Below, piece by piece: positions 13,157 through 26,630 of a stretch of DNA of 64,000 nt (within the stretch, counting starts at the first letter, position 1; each line of letters begins with the position of its first letter). This DNA is from Octopus vulgaris. Lineage: Eukaryota. The stretch lies in the NCBI GenBank assembly GCA_951406725.2, contig OX597817.1, positions 114,824,001 to 114,888,000 of the forward strand. Direction: 5' to 3'. The position numbers and the translations under genes were made by a program. The notes under the pieces are model-generated. The model was not told the DNA's origin, made no database searches, and saw nothing but the letters and a program-made list of their open reading frames with translations.

Positions 13157-13438
13157 AGCTTAAAAGAAACACTCCGTGTGAACTGTTAATATTGGTAGGG
13201 TAATACCATATTGGTAGGGAACCAAAAAATGCTTTATTATTATTATTGCTACCTTTAGTTTTGGGTAGCAGACTCAATTAACCCTCTGCAAGAGCCAGCT
13301 TAACAGTTCACACGGAGTGTGGCTTTTAAGCTGGCTCTTGCAGAGGGTTAATTGAGTCTGCTACCCAAAACTAAAGGTAGCAATAATAATAAAGCATTTT
13401 TTGGTTCCCTACCAATATGGTATTACCCTACCAATATT
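13157..13438. repeat. Near-perfect ~110-bp inverted repeat with an interleaved 32-bp inverted repeat (A-B-A'-B')
   Basis: 13188-13303 is the reverse complement of 13326-13438 except for one AAT unit. 13157-13188 is the reverse complement of 13301-13332 with 2 mismatches. Confidence 0.95.
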
Positions 13439-14248
13439 GTATTACTTTAAATTCAGTTTAAATGAAAAACTTATAAGTTCACAAATTTTTCGGGTTCTTT
13501 TAAAATCTGAAGTTTCAACTGTTAGCACATAACAAATCCTCATGCAGACCCGATTCCAATGCTGGATGTTCAAGAACCAAATGAAGGGCAGATTTTCAAT
13601 CCCATGATCATCCTGATTCCCAAAAGCTATAATATGTCTATGTAGAGCAAATATAGACTGAAATGCAGGGATTCCAGACAAACAGAATTTTGTGTCTATT
13701 AATATAGAAGATGGTAGCAGTAGTGGCGGCAGGGTTGTAATTTGCCAAAGATTTGGCTACTATATTTAGCGTTTAGCCGGTCAAGTAATCACTTACAGAC
13801 TACCTGACTGTTCCATGGCATCTCCAGGTAATTTTAGGTGTCATCCTGATTAAAAAGCTCACTGAAGTAAACAGATTCTATATTGAAATCTACTAGTTAT
13901 ATAATAAACTTAGTTAATGAAGGTCTGTTGAGTAGTTCTGTCTAAAGATAGTCTAGCACTGAAATGATTGGGAACTATTCTTGTTTCGCCTGATTGGTAT
14001 GTTTTGAAATGACTAAAAGGAATTAATTAATGAAGAATCATGACATGAATCTATTGAGTGTGTGTGTGTGTTTGTATGTGTGGATTTGTATAAATGTATG
14101 AGTATATGTATCTATTTACATATATGTTTAGATGTATGTGTATATGTACATGTTTATATATACACTCACACATATATGTATTTATATATATATACTCATA
14201 TATATGTATATATGTATATGTATATATGTATGTATATGTATATATATA

Positions 14249-14279
<31 letters not shown>

Positions 14280-14371
14280 GTTTTAAACATTTGTATGAAT
14301 GTATCTGTGTGTATGTATGTATGTTTACACACAGATGTATGTATTCTTATATGTTTATATATATGTGTGTG

Positions 14372-14409
<38 letters not shown>

Positions 14410-14411
14410 TA

Positions 14412-14461
<50 letters not shown>

Positions 14462-15324
14462 TATATATATATGTATATATGTCTGTGTGTATGTGTGTCC
14501 TATGAGTAAATGTGTTTACTAATTAACTGACATGCTAGCAGATAAAAATGTATGCGGAAAAAGTATTTTCCTATTTGCACACGTGTTGTCTTTTAACTCT
14601 TTCACTGCTTTCATTATTAGACTGTGGCCATACTGGGGCACTACCTACAAATTTTTAATCAATTCTATCGACCCTCTTCCCAGTACTTTGTCCAGTATAT
14701 ATTTTCATTTTTCTCTTGTGGTTGAACAAGAAAACCAATCTGGACATCATCATCTTCATCATTTAATGTCCATCTTCCTTGCTGTCATAGGTTGGACAGT
14801 TTGATAGGAGGTGGCAAGCCAGTGAGCTATACCATTGTCTGTTTTGATATGGCTTTTACATACACACACACACACACATATATATATATGATGGGCTTCT
14901 TTCAGTTTCTGCCTACCAAATCCACTCTCAAGGCTTTGGTCGGCCTAAGGCTATAGTAGAAGACATTTGCCCAAGGTACCATACAGTGGGACCAAACCCA
15001 TAACCATGTGATTGGGAAGCATATAATAAATGCACAACAAACAGAAAACAGATGCAGAAGGTTACCATCTCTTCATCAGTTATCGGCCAGAGGGCCAAAT
15101 GCTATTTTGCACCTTACGATAATATTGATCCTCTTCTAGTGGTGCAAGCAACAAGAAGTTGCCTGGAAATGGGACCAAAATATAACAGAATGAGAATGAA
15201 CAAAAAGGAAATGAATAAACATGCAATACAGAAATGGATATATGTACATGAATAAATGTGATTCAAGATGAGACCAGTAGTGGATGGACAAAGGACAGAG
15301 ATGAAATAAATAAACAAAATATAG

Positions 15325-15371
<47 letters not shown>

Positions 15372-15509
15372 TTTGTATTTGTATTTGCAAGATTCTTGAT
15401 GTGAACTCATGTGTTGAAACAAATTTTGTTGTATCTTGGGGGAGTCATTATGCTAATAATTTGTGCATGTGTTTGTTAATATTAGCATACTGACTCTCCC
15501 AAAATACAA

Positions 15510-15547
<38 letters not shown>

Positions 15548-15562
15548 ACACACACACTTATA

Positions 15563-15760
15563 CAGGGTGAACCAAAAGTCATGCACCAAGTTTAAAACTC
15601 ATTTAATGTATATTGCATAAAAACATTTTTTCTAAAATTGAATAAAATAAATAAAATGATGATGAATGCACATGTACTTGATGAACAAAATAGATAATAA
15701 TAATAATTATGTAATATAAGTAAAATGTCATATGTTTTGCAGCATGACCTTTGGGCTACC

Positions 15761-15763
<3 letters not shown>
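15563..15763. mobile_element. Tc1/mariner-type MITE
   Basis: TA|CAGGGTGAACCAAAAGTCATGC ... GCATGACCTTTGGGCTACCCTG|TA: imperfect TIRs with a TA target duplication. Confidence 0.8.
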
Positions 15764-15803
<40 letters not shown>

Positions 15804-15809
15804 TATATG

Positions 15810-15843
<34 letters not shown>

Positions 15844-16643
15844 TACGCACACATGTAACTTGACTACATACATGTGGGTGTGTGTCTAATTACATCCCTC
15901 TCTTCACTAGATTTTAAAACTCACCCATTCAGTAAATAGAGATAAAATTGATAAAATAATTACAAGGTTGATATAATTACTGGGGGGTCGATATGATCAA
16001 CTAAAACCCCTTGAAGTTGGTGCCCCAGTATGGTCACAGCCAACTGACTGAAACCAGCAAAAGAACGAAAGAATAAATAAAACATACACATTCTACAATT
16101 CTTATTGATGTGCCAATTGTATTATACTGTCCATCTTCTCTTTCAAATACTTTCCAAGCAGCAGTAACCATACCTTAGATTTACGCTTCACTGGTTATAA
16201 TATCGCCTTAGCACAAAGTACTTTGCAGTATCTTATGATCTTGTTATAATTTTCCAGGTTTTTTTTTTGGTTTTTTTTTTGTTTTTTTTTTAACCATTTC
16301 TTCTTTGCTATTTTTTTTTTCATTTTCCCCTTTTCTTCCCCATTTTTGATCTTGAAAGAATAAATATTTTTCTCTTTTAACTTTTATCTTATCTTAAAAC
16401 AGCAAAACAGCAATAGATTTGGACATGGGTGATTTTAATTGGTATTGCTCTTGGCAAAAGTTCAAATAATATCTGCAGTTCTACACTATACTTGGACAAG
16501 TTACACACAAATTACCAAGCAGAATAACTACAAGGAGAATGTACACAGCAGTCTTCTCCTATAAATAAAGTGTGGCCAAGATGAACATAAATGAATGGAA
16601 TGCTTTATCACTTTGCTTCATTGTGTTTAATCTTATCCCTTAA

Positions 16644-17042
16644 CCCTTTAACATTCAGATTACTCTCTCAAATGTAATACATACTCATTCACATTGATTT
16701 GAATTAATCATGCATTATCTTGTAGCTTTGGGATTTCAATAGTGTGATTGCTTATTCTTTTAATGACGATGTTAGGTAGATGTGAGAGACCAGATCTAGC
16801 TAGTTTGAATATAAAACAGGAAGTAAATTTTGAGCCAGATATGGTCAGTTTCAATGCTAAAGATTTAAACATTGATTTGAATTTATCATGCATTACTTTG
16901 GAACTTTGATATTTCAATGGTGTGATTACTTATGTTTTCAATGTCATTGTTAGTTAGATGTGAGAGGCCAGATCTGGTGAGTTTGAACATAAAACAAGGA
17001 GAAAATTTGGGGCTAGATATGGTCAGTTTCAATGCTAAAGGG
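16644..17042. mobile_element. piggyBac-like MITE with an internal ~170-bp tandem duplication
   Basis: ttaa|CCCTTTAACATT ... AATGCTAAAGGG|ttac. The internal unit is duplicated (about 16695-16865 and 16875-17042). Partial copies lie at 8240-8370 and 37625-37770. Confidence 0.7.
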
Positions 17043-17108
17043 TTACATATCTTAAATCAGCTGCCACTTTTCTTTGCATTCGGTAAAGGTTAGCATAATA
17101 AGAACTAG

Positions 17109-17144
<36 letters not shown>

Positions 17145-19423
17145 TCTCTGGTATTATACCCCTCTGGAACAATTAGTATGTTGTCCTTAGTCTAAAAACA
17201 AAAAGTCAGAAATATTTCTTTGGGCAGAGGTATGGCCAACTGCTAAACTCTGCTTTGTCTATTATCATCATCATCATCATCATCATCGTTGTAGTCGTTG
17301 TTATTGTTTTAGCATCCGTTTTTCCATGCTTGCATGGGCCAGCCAGAATGCATTGAAGCAGATTTTCTATGGCCAGATGCCCTTCTAGTTTCTAATTCTC
17401 ACATGTTTCTGAGTATGGTAAAATTTCCCCCTGGACTGTATATGTTTCTATGGAAGAGGGAAGGAATGACGCTGCCTATATGATGGTTACACTTGTTTAC
17501 AACTATCATATGATGTCAAGATGTTAAGGCACAAACACACACACACACAAATAAATATATAAATATATAGACACACGCTCATACATACACATATGACAAG
17601 CTCCTTTCAGTTTCCTTTTACTGGATCCACTCACAAGGTTTTGGTCAGCCAAGGGCTATAGTAGAAACCACTTGCCTGTATTTAATGCATTCTTAACAAG
17701 TTTGATAAATAAATTGTTGGTTATGTTCTAACAGTATTTTCTTGTCTTTGAAAATATTCTACCTACAAGTTATCTACATTTGTTTATGCATAGAATGTTA
17801 GTAAGATTCAGATATATTTTGTTGTTTAGAATAGCATTCTGTATTGCCGAATAGTTGTAGAGCACTTAAACAAAACAGTGTCTGTGCATCTCTAACATAC
17901 AAAAATTTTCTACGTCCTTGTTTTTTTTTTTATTTTAAATACTCAAATACTCCAAAAGAGAATCTTTGTCTCCAAGTTGCTTGGATAACATCAGTTGATA
18001 AAAGTTTACAACTCATTATATATCGATCTAGTCTTTCTCATTTGCAATATGAGCCCCACTTAATTTTGCTCAGATTACTTTCAATTTTGGTGTATCCATG
18101 CAACTCTGAATTTTGATTATGATCAACCAATTACTTTAATCTCGCAAATGAAAGAATCTGATGTTATTTGGAATTAAAGTTGGGAAGTTTGGATAATTTT
18201 AGCCAATCAACAGACAGTGTGGCATTAGCAACTTGTTACCATGACACCCGCACTCTGTGTTTTAGTTCACTGTTGTCTGTGCCGCTGTTGTCTATGTTGA
18301 TTTCACCTGCATGTTTCGTTTTAATTTTTCTTTATGTTAGTGTGTATCATATTTTTCTGTACTTCTGTGTCTTAATATTTTTCTGTGCTTTTTCTGTGTC
18401 TTAGTATTTTTACATATTTTTCATTTCATATATTCTTGGGATTCATTGACTCAGATAGTTGGATTATGATTTCACTAGGTTAATTCTATTCATAAAAGTT
18501 TTAATTCGGAGTATTTCTTAAACCGTTAGCTTCACATTTCAACAGCTTAACTGAAATTTAGCCTACGTAACAGGAACTGAGAGGGATATCATGGAACAGA
18601 GAAACTGTGGGTGATACAGATAATTTGACATTATTTATGAATTCTGCATGCAAAAACATATAAGATACAGGTATTCTTTTCCTTGGGACAAATTCTTTAT
18701 TGACCAGTGTTAATCTTATCATAGCTTACTAATCCAAGCATGAAAATGTTACTCAACTTTGGAGTTTTGGAGACAGGCGTCCCCTTTTCACACACATATG
18801 CACTTATATATTAATGATGTAGATAAATACATGGTATACATAATACTGAAGTACGCATAAACTAAACACATGCATACAAATATATTAATATAACAAATTT
18901 TAAAAAATGATAAAAACATACAATCAATGAAGAGACAAAAGAAACAGTAAGATGATACATGTTGATTTTATTAGGTATTTCTATTTATTTAGAAACCTAC
19001 AATGAACAGGTCAGATGCTAAACTATAAATTTCACAGGGTACAACCTTAAAGTTGACACTGCTCTGCTAAATGCAGAAAATTTCTGTCACACTATTGGCT
19101 AAAATAGTTTTTTGATTTTTAAACCTCTGTAACTTTTTTCTCCAATTTTTTTTTCTCCCACAACATTATACCTTCGAAGCAATGAGACTGAAAGGCTATA
19201 TTATTATAGCCGATTTTCAGATTTTTTTACATCCTTTTAAAAAATGCATATTTTGCGAATGAAAAACACTAGACCCTTTATACTGTGTGTGTGTGTGTGT
19301 GTAGATTTGTGTACAGATATGTGTGTAAGACCTGACTGTCTTTGTATTTAGTATGAAGAATGTGCTCTTGAGTTATTTTTCTATACCCATATTGTTAATA
19401 TAATTATTAGTATAACTATTTTC

Positions 19424-19484
<61 letters not shown>

Positions 19485-19563
19485 ATATATGCACACACAT
19501 AGATGAGCACATAAGTGCAAAACAAGGTGGGAAAAACAGAACTTGAATACCAAAGGTAGAGTG

Positions 19564-19718
19564 ATATACTTTTTATTAAAGCTGCAAAATTATCACAGAA
19601 CAGTTATTCAGTGTTTCATGTTCCCATTTGTTGAACATCATAACTGTCTGACAAATGGGAACATGAAACTCTGAGTAACAGTTCTGTGATAATTTTGCAA
19701 CTTTAATAAAAAGTATAT
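19564..19718. mobile_element. Palindromic Penelope-LTR-like element containing a hammerhead fold
   Basis: About 70-bp arms that are reverse complements around tcataac. It lies between (TA)n tracts. Confidence 0.75.
19642..19683 (+). ncRNA. Minimal type I hammerhead ribozyme motif (G8 decayed to A)
   Basis: Stem I aactgt/acagtt; core CUGACAA; stem II AUG-GGAA-CAU; GAAA; stem III CUC-U-GAG; cleavage triplet GUA. Confidence 0.7.
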
Positions 19719-19726
19719 ATATATAT

Positions 19727-19830
19727 TGGCCTGCTCGCTTAGCCAGCGGGGTGGCATCATTTGAAGGCTTAAACAATGCGAAGCGCATTGTGACCAGCGA
19801 TGTGTAGCAACATCTGATAGCCTGGTCGGT

Positions 19831-19838
<8 letters not shown>
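19727..19838 (+). mobile_element. 3' tail of the tRNA-derived SINE family seen at 42384-42680
   Basis: ggcctgctcgcttagccagcggggtggc...gatagcctggtcggtca is the near-identical reverse complement of 42395-42500. Confidence 0.85.
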
Positions 19839-19864
<26 letters not shown>

Positions 19865-19893
19865 TTCTATCTATCTATCTATTTATCTAACTA

Positions 19894-19942
<49 letters not shown>

Positions 19943-20540
19943 CAGTGACACTTATTCACAACTATCATACAATGTAAAGATAAGGAGACACAAACACACA
20001 ATGGGCTTGTTTCAGTTTCCATGTACCAAATCCACCCACAAGGCTTTTGGTTGGCCAGGGTTAGCGGCTATAGTGGAATACTAATCCAAGGTGGCACCCA
20101 GTGGGAATGAGCCCAGAACCACATGGCTGGGAACTCTCTCTCTCTCTCTCTCTCTCTCACGCACACATACACATGTACACACACACATTTACATGTATAC
20201 ATGCATTTATTCCTACAAATGACACAAGGAGCAGTCAGTTCATTCTGTATGGTTTATAAGGTATGTTCTGAGAGAACATAGTTGCACATCATATTGGTGT
20301 CACACTTCAAGTAATGCTCTAGCAAATCATTAACTGTTTAATTACATAATACATACATGCATACATATATACACGCACTTACATGCATACATACACACAT
20401 GCATACATACATACACACATACATATACACACACATGCATGCATACACGCATATATACAGAAATATACACACACACACATATATACATATATATATATAT
20501 ATATATGCATACACATTTATATACACATATACACAAATAC

Positions 20541-20580
<40 letters not shown>

Positions 20581-20724
20581 ATATATGTATGTGTGTGTGT
20601 GTGTGTGAGTCTTTGGAAAAAAAAGGGCTATGATATATGGAGTGGATGAGATCAACGGAATGCAGACATTACTACTTATGTTCAAGTAATCACTTAATGA
20701 AATTTAGAATGCTAGCCATGATTG

Positions 20725-21752
20725 GATAATGGTACTGGCACCAGTGGTAGTTGTATTGTTGTTATTGTTCATGATGGTGGTGGAAGTAGTAGTGGTGGTG
20801 CTGGTGCTGGTGACAGCAGGTAAAGAAGGGTTGCAGTTTAGGAATGTAATTAATAATATGCAAATAAAAACTCTCAGAAGTGACAAAACGATCAGTTTGG
20901 AGATTACGTTTGTGTACTTAACAGCAATCTGTTAATTGGAGAAATAGCGCTTGGATATGTTTATTATGTTTATTGTTTCAAAAACCTGAAATAGGGTGCT
21001 GTAAGAGGATGACCACACTGTGAGAGAGAAAGAGAGAGAGAGAGGGAGTAGTAAAACAGAGAACTAGTTAGGTGATCCTTTTGATGATGATGGTAGTAAT
21101 ACCATCACAAGTGGTTGTGATGATTCTGGTGACCATAACTATAGTTTTTGTTGATGATGATGATGACGATGACGATGTTGATGATGATGACGACGACGAT
21201 GTTGATGATGATGATGACGACGATGTTGATGATGATGATGACAGCGATGTTGATGATAATGATGATGGCGACGATGTTGATGATGACGACGACGATGTTG
21301 ATGATAATGATGACGACGATGTTGATGATGATGATGACGACGATGTTGATGATGATGACGACGACGATGTTGATGATGATGATGATGACGACGATGTTGA
21401 TGATGATGATGATGACGACGACGATGTTGATGATGATGATGATGATGACGACCATCATCATCGCCGTTGTCGTCATTATGGTGGTGGCAGTAGTGACAGC
21501 AACAATGATAGTTGTGGTTGTTGTGGTTAATAGTAGTGATGATGATGATGATGATGATGATTGTCATGATAACTAGGTTAGAGAAGATGATAATTATGGA
21601 GGCGATGACAATAATGATGCTGATGATAACAACATTGATGAGTTGGATGAAGAGGTGGAGATGAAGGCTAGTGTAATGGTAATGACATTAGCAGTAACGT
21701 TTAAACACACTGATGATGTGGATAATGATGATGTTGATAATTAAGAAGACAG

Positions 21753-21783
<31 letters not shown>

Positions 21784-22685
21784 GGTGTTCAATGATGATG
21801 CAGGTAATTATAGTAATGATCTGATTGAGAATGATAAGTATGGTAACTATAATGATAATGAAGATGTTGATAATGCTGCTGCTGATGATGCTGTTGATGG
21901 TGATGATGATAGTGGTAGTAGTGGTGTGGTGATGACGGTGGTGCTGGTGGTGATGCTGCTGCTTCTGGTGATATGATGATGATGGTGATGGTGGTGGTGA
22001 TCATAATGATAATGATGTGGAGGAGGTGGTTTAATAATAGAAATGGAGTCAGAGATGATGATGATGTCGATGGTGATGATGCCATTGATAATGCAGAGAC
22101 TGATGATGATGATGAGGAGGAGGAGGAGAAGAAGGAAGAGGAAGGGCTGATTATCATGAAAATTACTAAGAAGGTAGCGAAAGAAATTTCCCTGAAGTTT
22201 GAAATGTTTCTGAAGTTATTTGCTGCACTTGCTGTTGTTTGTTGTTGTTGATGTTATTATTGGTGTTGTTGTTGTCATCATCCTTGGTGCTGTTGCTGCT
22301 GAATACCCAGAGCTTTTAAGCAATTAACCACCTCCCCATCAAAAGAAAAAAAAGAAACAAAAACACAACCCCCCCCCCAAAAAAAAAGGAAAAAGGAAGT
22401 AAAAATAGAGAGGGTGAAAGAAAAAAAAAAGGCCAGCAATGATCTTTGGCATGTTACTCTGCCTAATTGGTTTGTTCAGTGAATATTTTGTCTCCATCAA
22501 TTCTTTGATTTCATTGGTGGGAATTTTTGGTGGAAATGTTTTACATTTTTTCGTTTGCAAAATAATAATAATAATAACAACAACAACAACAACAACAACA
22601 ATAATGGTGATGGTAATGGTAATGGTGATGGTGGTAATAACAATAATAACAACAACAACAACAATAACAACAATAATAATAATAA
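20725..22685. repeat. Extended trinucleotide low-complexity field ((GAT)n, (GGT)n, (GTT)n, (AAT)n, (AAC)n) with a 21-30-bp higher-order unit at 21149-21450
   Basis: Directly visible. The unit gtt(gat)n(gac)ngat is repeated about 12 times. Confidence 0.95.
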
Positions 22686-23476
22686 AAATAGGCAAGGACA
22701 AAAAAATTATCCAAAAGCAAAATCAAATGCAAAAATGACAAATTGAACTCTTTTACTCTTTTAACATTTAAAACAATTTTGCTCCTTCCTTTTTTCCGTC
22801 CATAATTCCTTCCTCATAATATAGAAAAAGAGAAAGAAAAAATGAAAAAAATAAACAGCAAAAATATATATAAAAATTATTGAATGAAAACAACCCAGAT
22901 AAAAATGACCTCTTCTATTTATAATCACCCTCCTCCGCTACTACCTCCTCGTCCTTCTCTGCCATCTCGCTCATTGGCAGAAGGAAAAATAAAGAAAAAT
23001 ATACAAGGAATAATGGAAAAAGACAACATATAACTAAAAACCAAAACAAAAAAATGCATTCTCGAAAATACAAATAATGACAAATAAACAAGTCGAAATT
23101 TAGAGCCTTTCCAACTGGGGTGGCCGGGTGGCTGGTTGGGTGGTGGGATAATAATCTTCCATCCACCCTATGCATCATATCTACCCGACCAACCGCCCTA
23201 ACTCCTCCTCTTAAAACTTGACTAACAATTAATTGCAATGGAAGCATGAAATTTAACATTAATATTTCTTGCCGAGAATTATATTTGAAATGAAATATTT
23301 AGTTATAATTAAAATCTGTGTCAATCTCGTTATTTCAGGGTTGGGGAGAAAATGGGGTTACTTTTAATTTTTTCTTTTTTTTTTCTTTTTCTTTTTTTTT
23401 TTACATTTTGTTTTTAAAGACATAATGCATTTTATTTCGAGGCTTGTTGTTATAGTTATTTGTTGCTCTGTGTGTG

Positions 23477-23519
<43 letters not shown>

Positions 23520-23999
23520 ATCATTTGCGGTTTCTTTTCTTTCTTGCTCTCTCTCTCCCTTTTGTCTTTCCCATTTATTGCTCATTATGCTTAATGTTAA
23601 TGAGCTTCAAAGATTGTTCCAGAAAGAATGAGAAAATAAAAATTTGCAGTAGGGAGGAAGCAAAAAACACCAATAACGATAACAACAAATGAAATTATAA
23701 ACAGCATGTACGCTATCTGTAAAATGTCATTGCCACCATGCATTTCCACCATATAATGATTTAAACCCTTCATTACACATTGGTTAACTTAGACAATGGA
23801 TATAACAATAAGCTAACTTCTGCTTCAGTATGCCATCCTTACATGAGAATGCATTTGACATGGAAAAATAGCTATCATTCATTTATTTATGTGTGTAATG
23901 CACACCGCTAACATTTGGACTTAAAGATCTGGTGAAAATATGCATATTGTATGCAAAGACAGGCACATATTAGAAGTGCATATTATAGATGCAGGTAAG

Positions 24000-24330
24000 G
24001 TAGGTAAGGATGGATGATTAGAAAACTGGTTTTGCAACCCTGCGGTCTTGGGTTCAGTCCCACTGTACTGCATCTCAGATAAGTGTTTTCTATTATAGCT
24101 CCAAGCTGAACAGAGCCCTGTGAGTAGATTTGGTGGACAGAAGCAGAAAGAAGCCTGCCATTTCTTTCTTTTTTTCTTTCTTTCTTTCTTCCTCTCTCTC
24201 TCTCTCTCTCTCCCTGCTTGTGTGTGTGCATGTGTGTCTATACCTATGTGTGTGCACCTTTGTGTTTGCTCCCCACTGCACTTGACAACCAGTGTTGGTT
24301 TGTTTACGTCCCCATAACTTAACAGTTCAG
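24000..24330 (+). mobile_element. SINE family A (3'-truncated)
   Basis: ggttcagtcccactg...tagctccaagctgaacagagccctgtgagtagatttgg...cttgacaaccagtgttggt. Confidence 0.8.
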
Positions 24331-24646
24331 TGGAGGTTAACTTCACCATTCCTCATTTTGGTGGTAATAAAATAATACCAATCCAAAGTAGTGGATTGGT
24401 AGAAATGACAAACTATTGGACATGATACTCTTCGTGTTCTAATGGTGATCACCCCTGTTATGACACTGGAACCAAGCTGTATCAGCTTTTAAGAATAACC
24501 TTACCCTTGATCAACACTGGTACTGTGAAGGTGAGAGACTCACATTGATGGCCAATTGTTAATCTTCCACACACAAAAAAAACAAGTTTGCATATATAGA
24601 TATAGACACAGAGCCATCCTTGACCAATAGGAATCCTGGTTATCTT

Positions 24647-24958
24647 TTTATCTTTTACTTGTTTCAGTTATTGGACTGTGGTTATGCTGGGGCATAACCT
24701 TGAAGGATTTAGTCAAACAAATTAACCCCAGTACTTAATTAGTACTTAATCTATTCATCGCTATTGCTGAAATGCTAAGTTACAGGAATGTTAACAAACT
24801 AACACTAGTTGTCAAACAGTAGTGGGGACAAACACAAGTATAAACTCACACACATACATCCCCGCACTTATACGTTATGGGCTTCCATGCTTCCATCTAT
24901 CAAATTCACTCATGAGGTATTTGTCAACCTTGGGCTATACTAGAAGAAGTTTGCCCAA
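24647..24958 (-). mobile_element. SINE family A (5'-truncated)
   Basis: cttttacttgtttcagt tail on the minus strand, through gggctatactagaagaagtttgccca. Confidence 0.8.
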
Positions 24959-25102
24959 CATCTAAGCTTTCTAAGTATTCTGACATTTACTAATCTATTT
25001 TCAAAACCCAAGGCATACCAATAGATTATGTATGTCACACAAGTATACCACAGGATAGTGGTGAAAAAGCCATTCTCTGTATGGTTTCAGCCAAATATAT
25101 AT

Positions 25103-25331
25103 TTCTTTATTGCCAACAAGTGGCTAAACATAGAGGGAACAAACAATGACAAACAAAGGGATTAAGTCGATTACATCAACCCCGGTGCATAACTGGTACT
25201 TTATTTATCAATCCCAAAAGGATGTAAGGCACAGTCGACCTCGGCAGAATTTGAACTCAGAACATAATGGCAGACGAAATACCACTAAGCATTTCACCTG
25301 GCACGCTAATGTTTCTGCTAGCTCACTGCCT
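25103..25331 (-). mobile_element. Full-length tRNA-derived SINE, family B (Meta-domain-like core)
   Basis: Reverse complement of 43331-43563; core gtcgacctcggcagaatttgaactcag. Confidence 0.85.
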
Positions 25332-26130
25332 TGTTTCAGCTAAATATAACAACCAAGTCTCCTCCAAACTGCACTCCACTATTGTGAAAAAAAAAAAAGG
25401 ACAAATTAGAAAATTTGGTCCTAGTTTTACCTAAAAAAAAAACAAAAAAAAAACAGCAGGATAATTATAGCTGTAATGTATTTCATCATATGTCTCTTCA
25501 TTCAAAGCTAATTTGGACCTGAACAACAACAACTAGGAATGCTGACAAATATATAATACTTATATTATGGTTTCTATAAATACCGACTATAGAAATGTCA
25601 GCAATTTAATTAGCAAAGGAAGCAATACTTATTAAGGTGTCTTCAACCACAAATGAATAATCACAATGAGAGTCTTGACTGTCAATTCTTTCTTGCATGA
25701 TTTATTGCATTATCCTTGTCAAGACACAAATATAGGGCATCCCAAATGAAACGACCAATTTTAAAACATATATGAAATCTGAAAATTGGCGTGATGATAA
25801 TTTTAGAAGTGTAGTTTGCCTATTGCAACAATAAAATTGTTTCAAAATTAGGTGTTACTATTGGGACAACTGGTTTGTCTTGTAGTTGTCTCAGGTTAGC
25901 TCTGATTATAGAAATCTAGAATTAAAGGTGTTTCAGTCATGACTATTCCATTTTTCCCCCTGACTGAAACATAGTATAACTTAAATTACATTGGACATCA
26001 TCATCATTATCATCATCATTTAACAGCCAGTGCATTTATTAATTTTACAAGAGAGTAACGATTTCATGTACTAATAGGTGTACTTCCATCAGGTTGAATG
26101 AAAACCTAAAAGTTCTCCATCAGCCCCATT

Positions 26131-26533
26131 ACTCTTTTACTTGTTTCAATCACTTGACTGTGGCCATGCTGCAGCACCACCTTTAGTCGAGCAAATTGAC
26201 CCCAGGACTTATTCTTTGTAAGCCTAGTACTTATTCTATCAGTCTCTTTTGCCAAACCGCTAAGTTACAGAGATGTAAGCACACCAGCATCAGTTGTCAA
26301 ACGATGTTGGGAGGACAAACACAGACACACAAACATATACACACACATACATATATATATATACATATATATGATGAGCTTCTTTCAGTTTCCGTCTACC
26401 AAATCCAGTCACAAGGCTTTGGTTAGCTCAAGGCTATAAGTAGAAGACACTTGCCCAAGGTGCCACGTAGTGGGACTGAACCCAGAATCATGTGGTTCAT
26501 AAGCAAGTTACTTACCACACAGCCACTCCTACA

Positions 26534-26535
<2 letters not shown>
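26131..26535 (-). mobile_element. Full-length SINE family A
   Basis: Head, core, internal microsatellite and tail are all present on the minus strand. Confidence 0.9.

Positions 26536-26630
<95 letters not shown>

Noticed and set aside
13442-13681. 79-aa non-repetitive minus-strand ORF
   Set aside because: No ATG start, splice signals or recognisable motif.
16516-16558. Possible 43-nt minus-strand exon (EKTAVYILLVVILL)
   Set aside because: AG/GT-bounded short frames arise often by chance in AT-rich DNA, and no partner exons or recognisable homology support it.
21072-21530. Poly-Asp ORF resembling acidic biomineralisation proteins
   Set aside because: It lies in a 2-kb trinucleotide field where several frames on both strands are open, starts at GTG, and has no non-repetitive domain. 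Best explained as a (GAT)n microsatellite.
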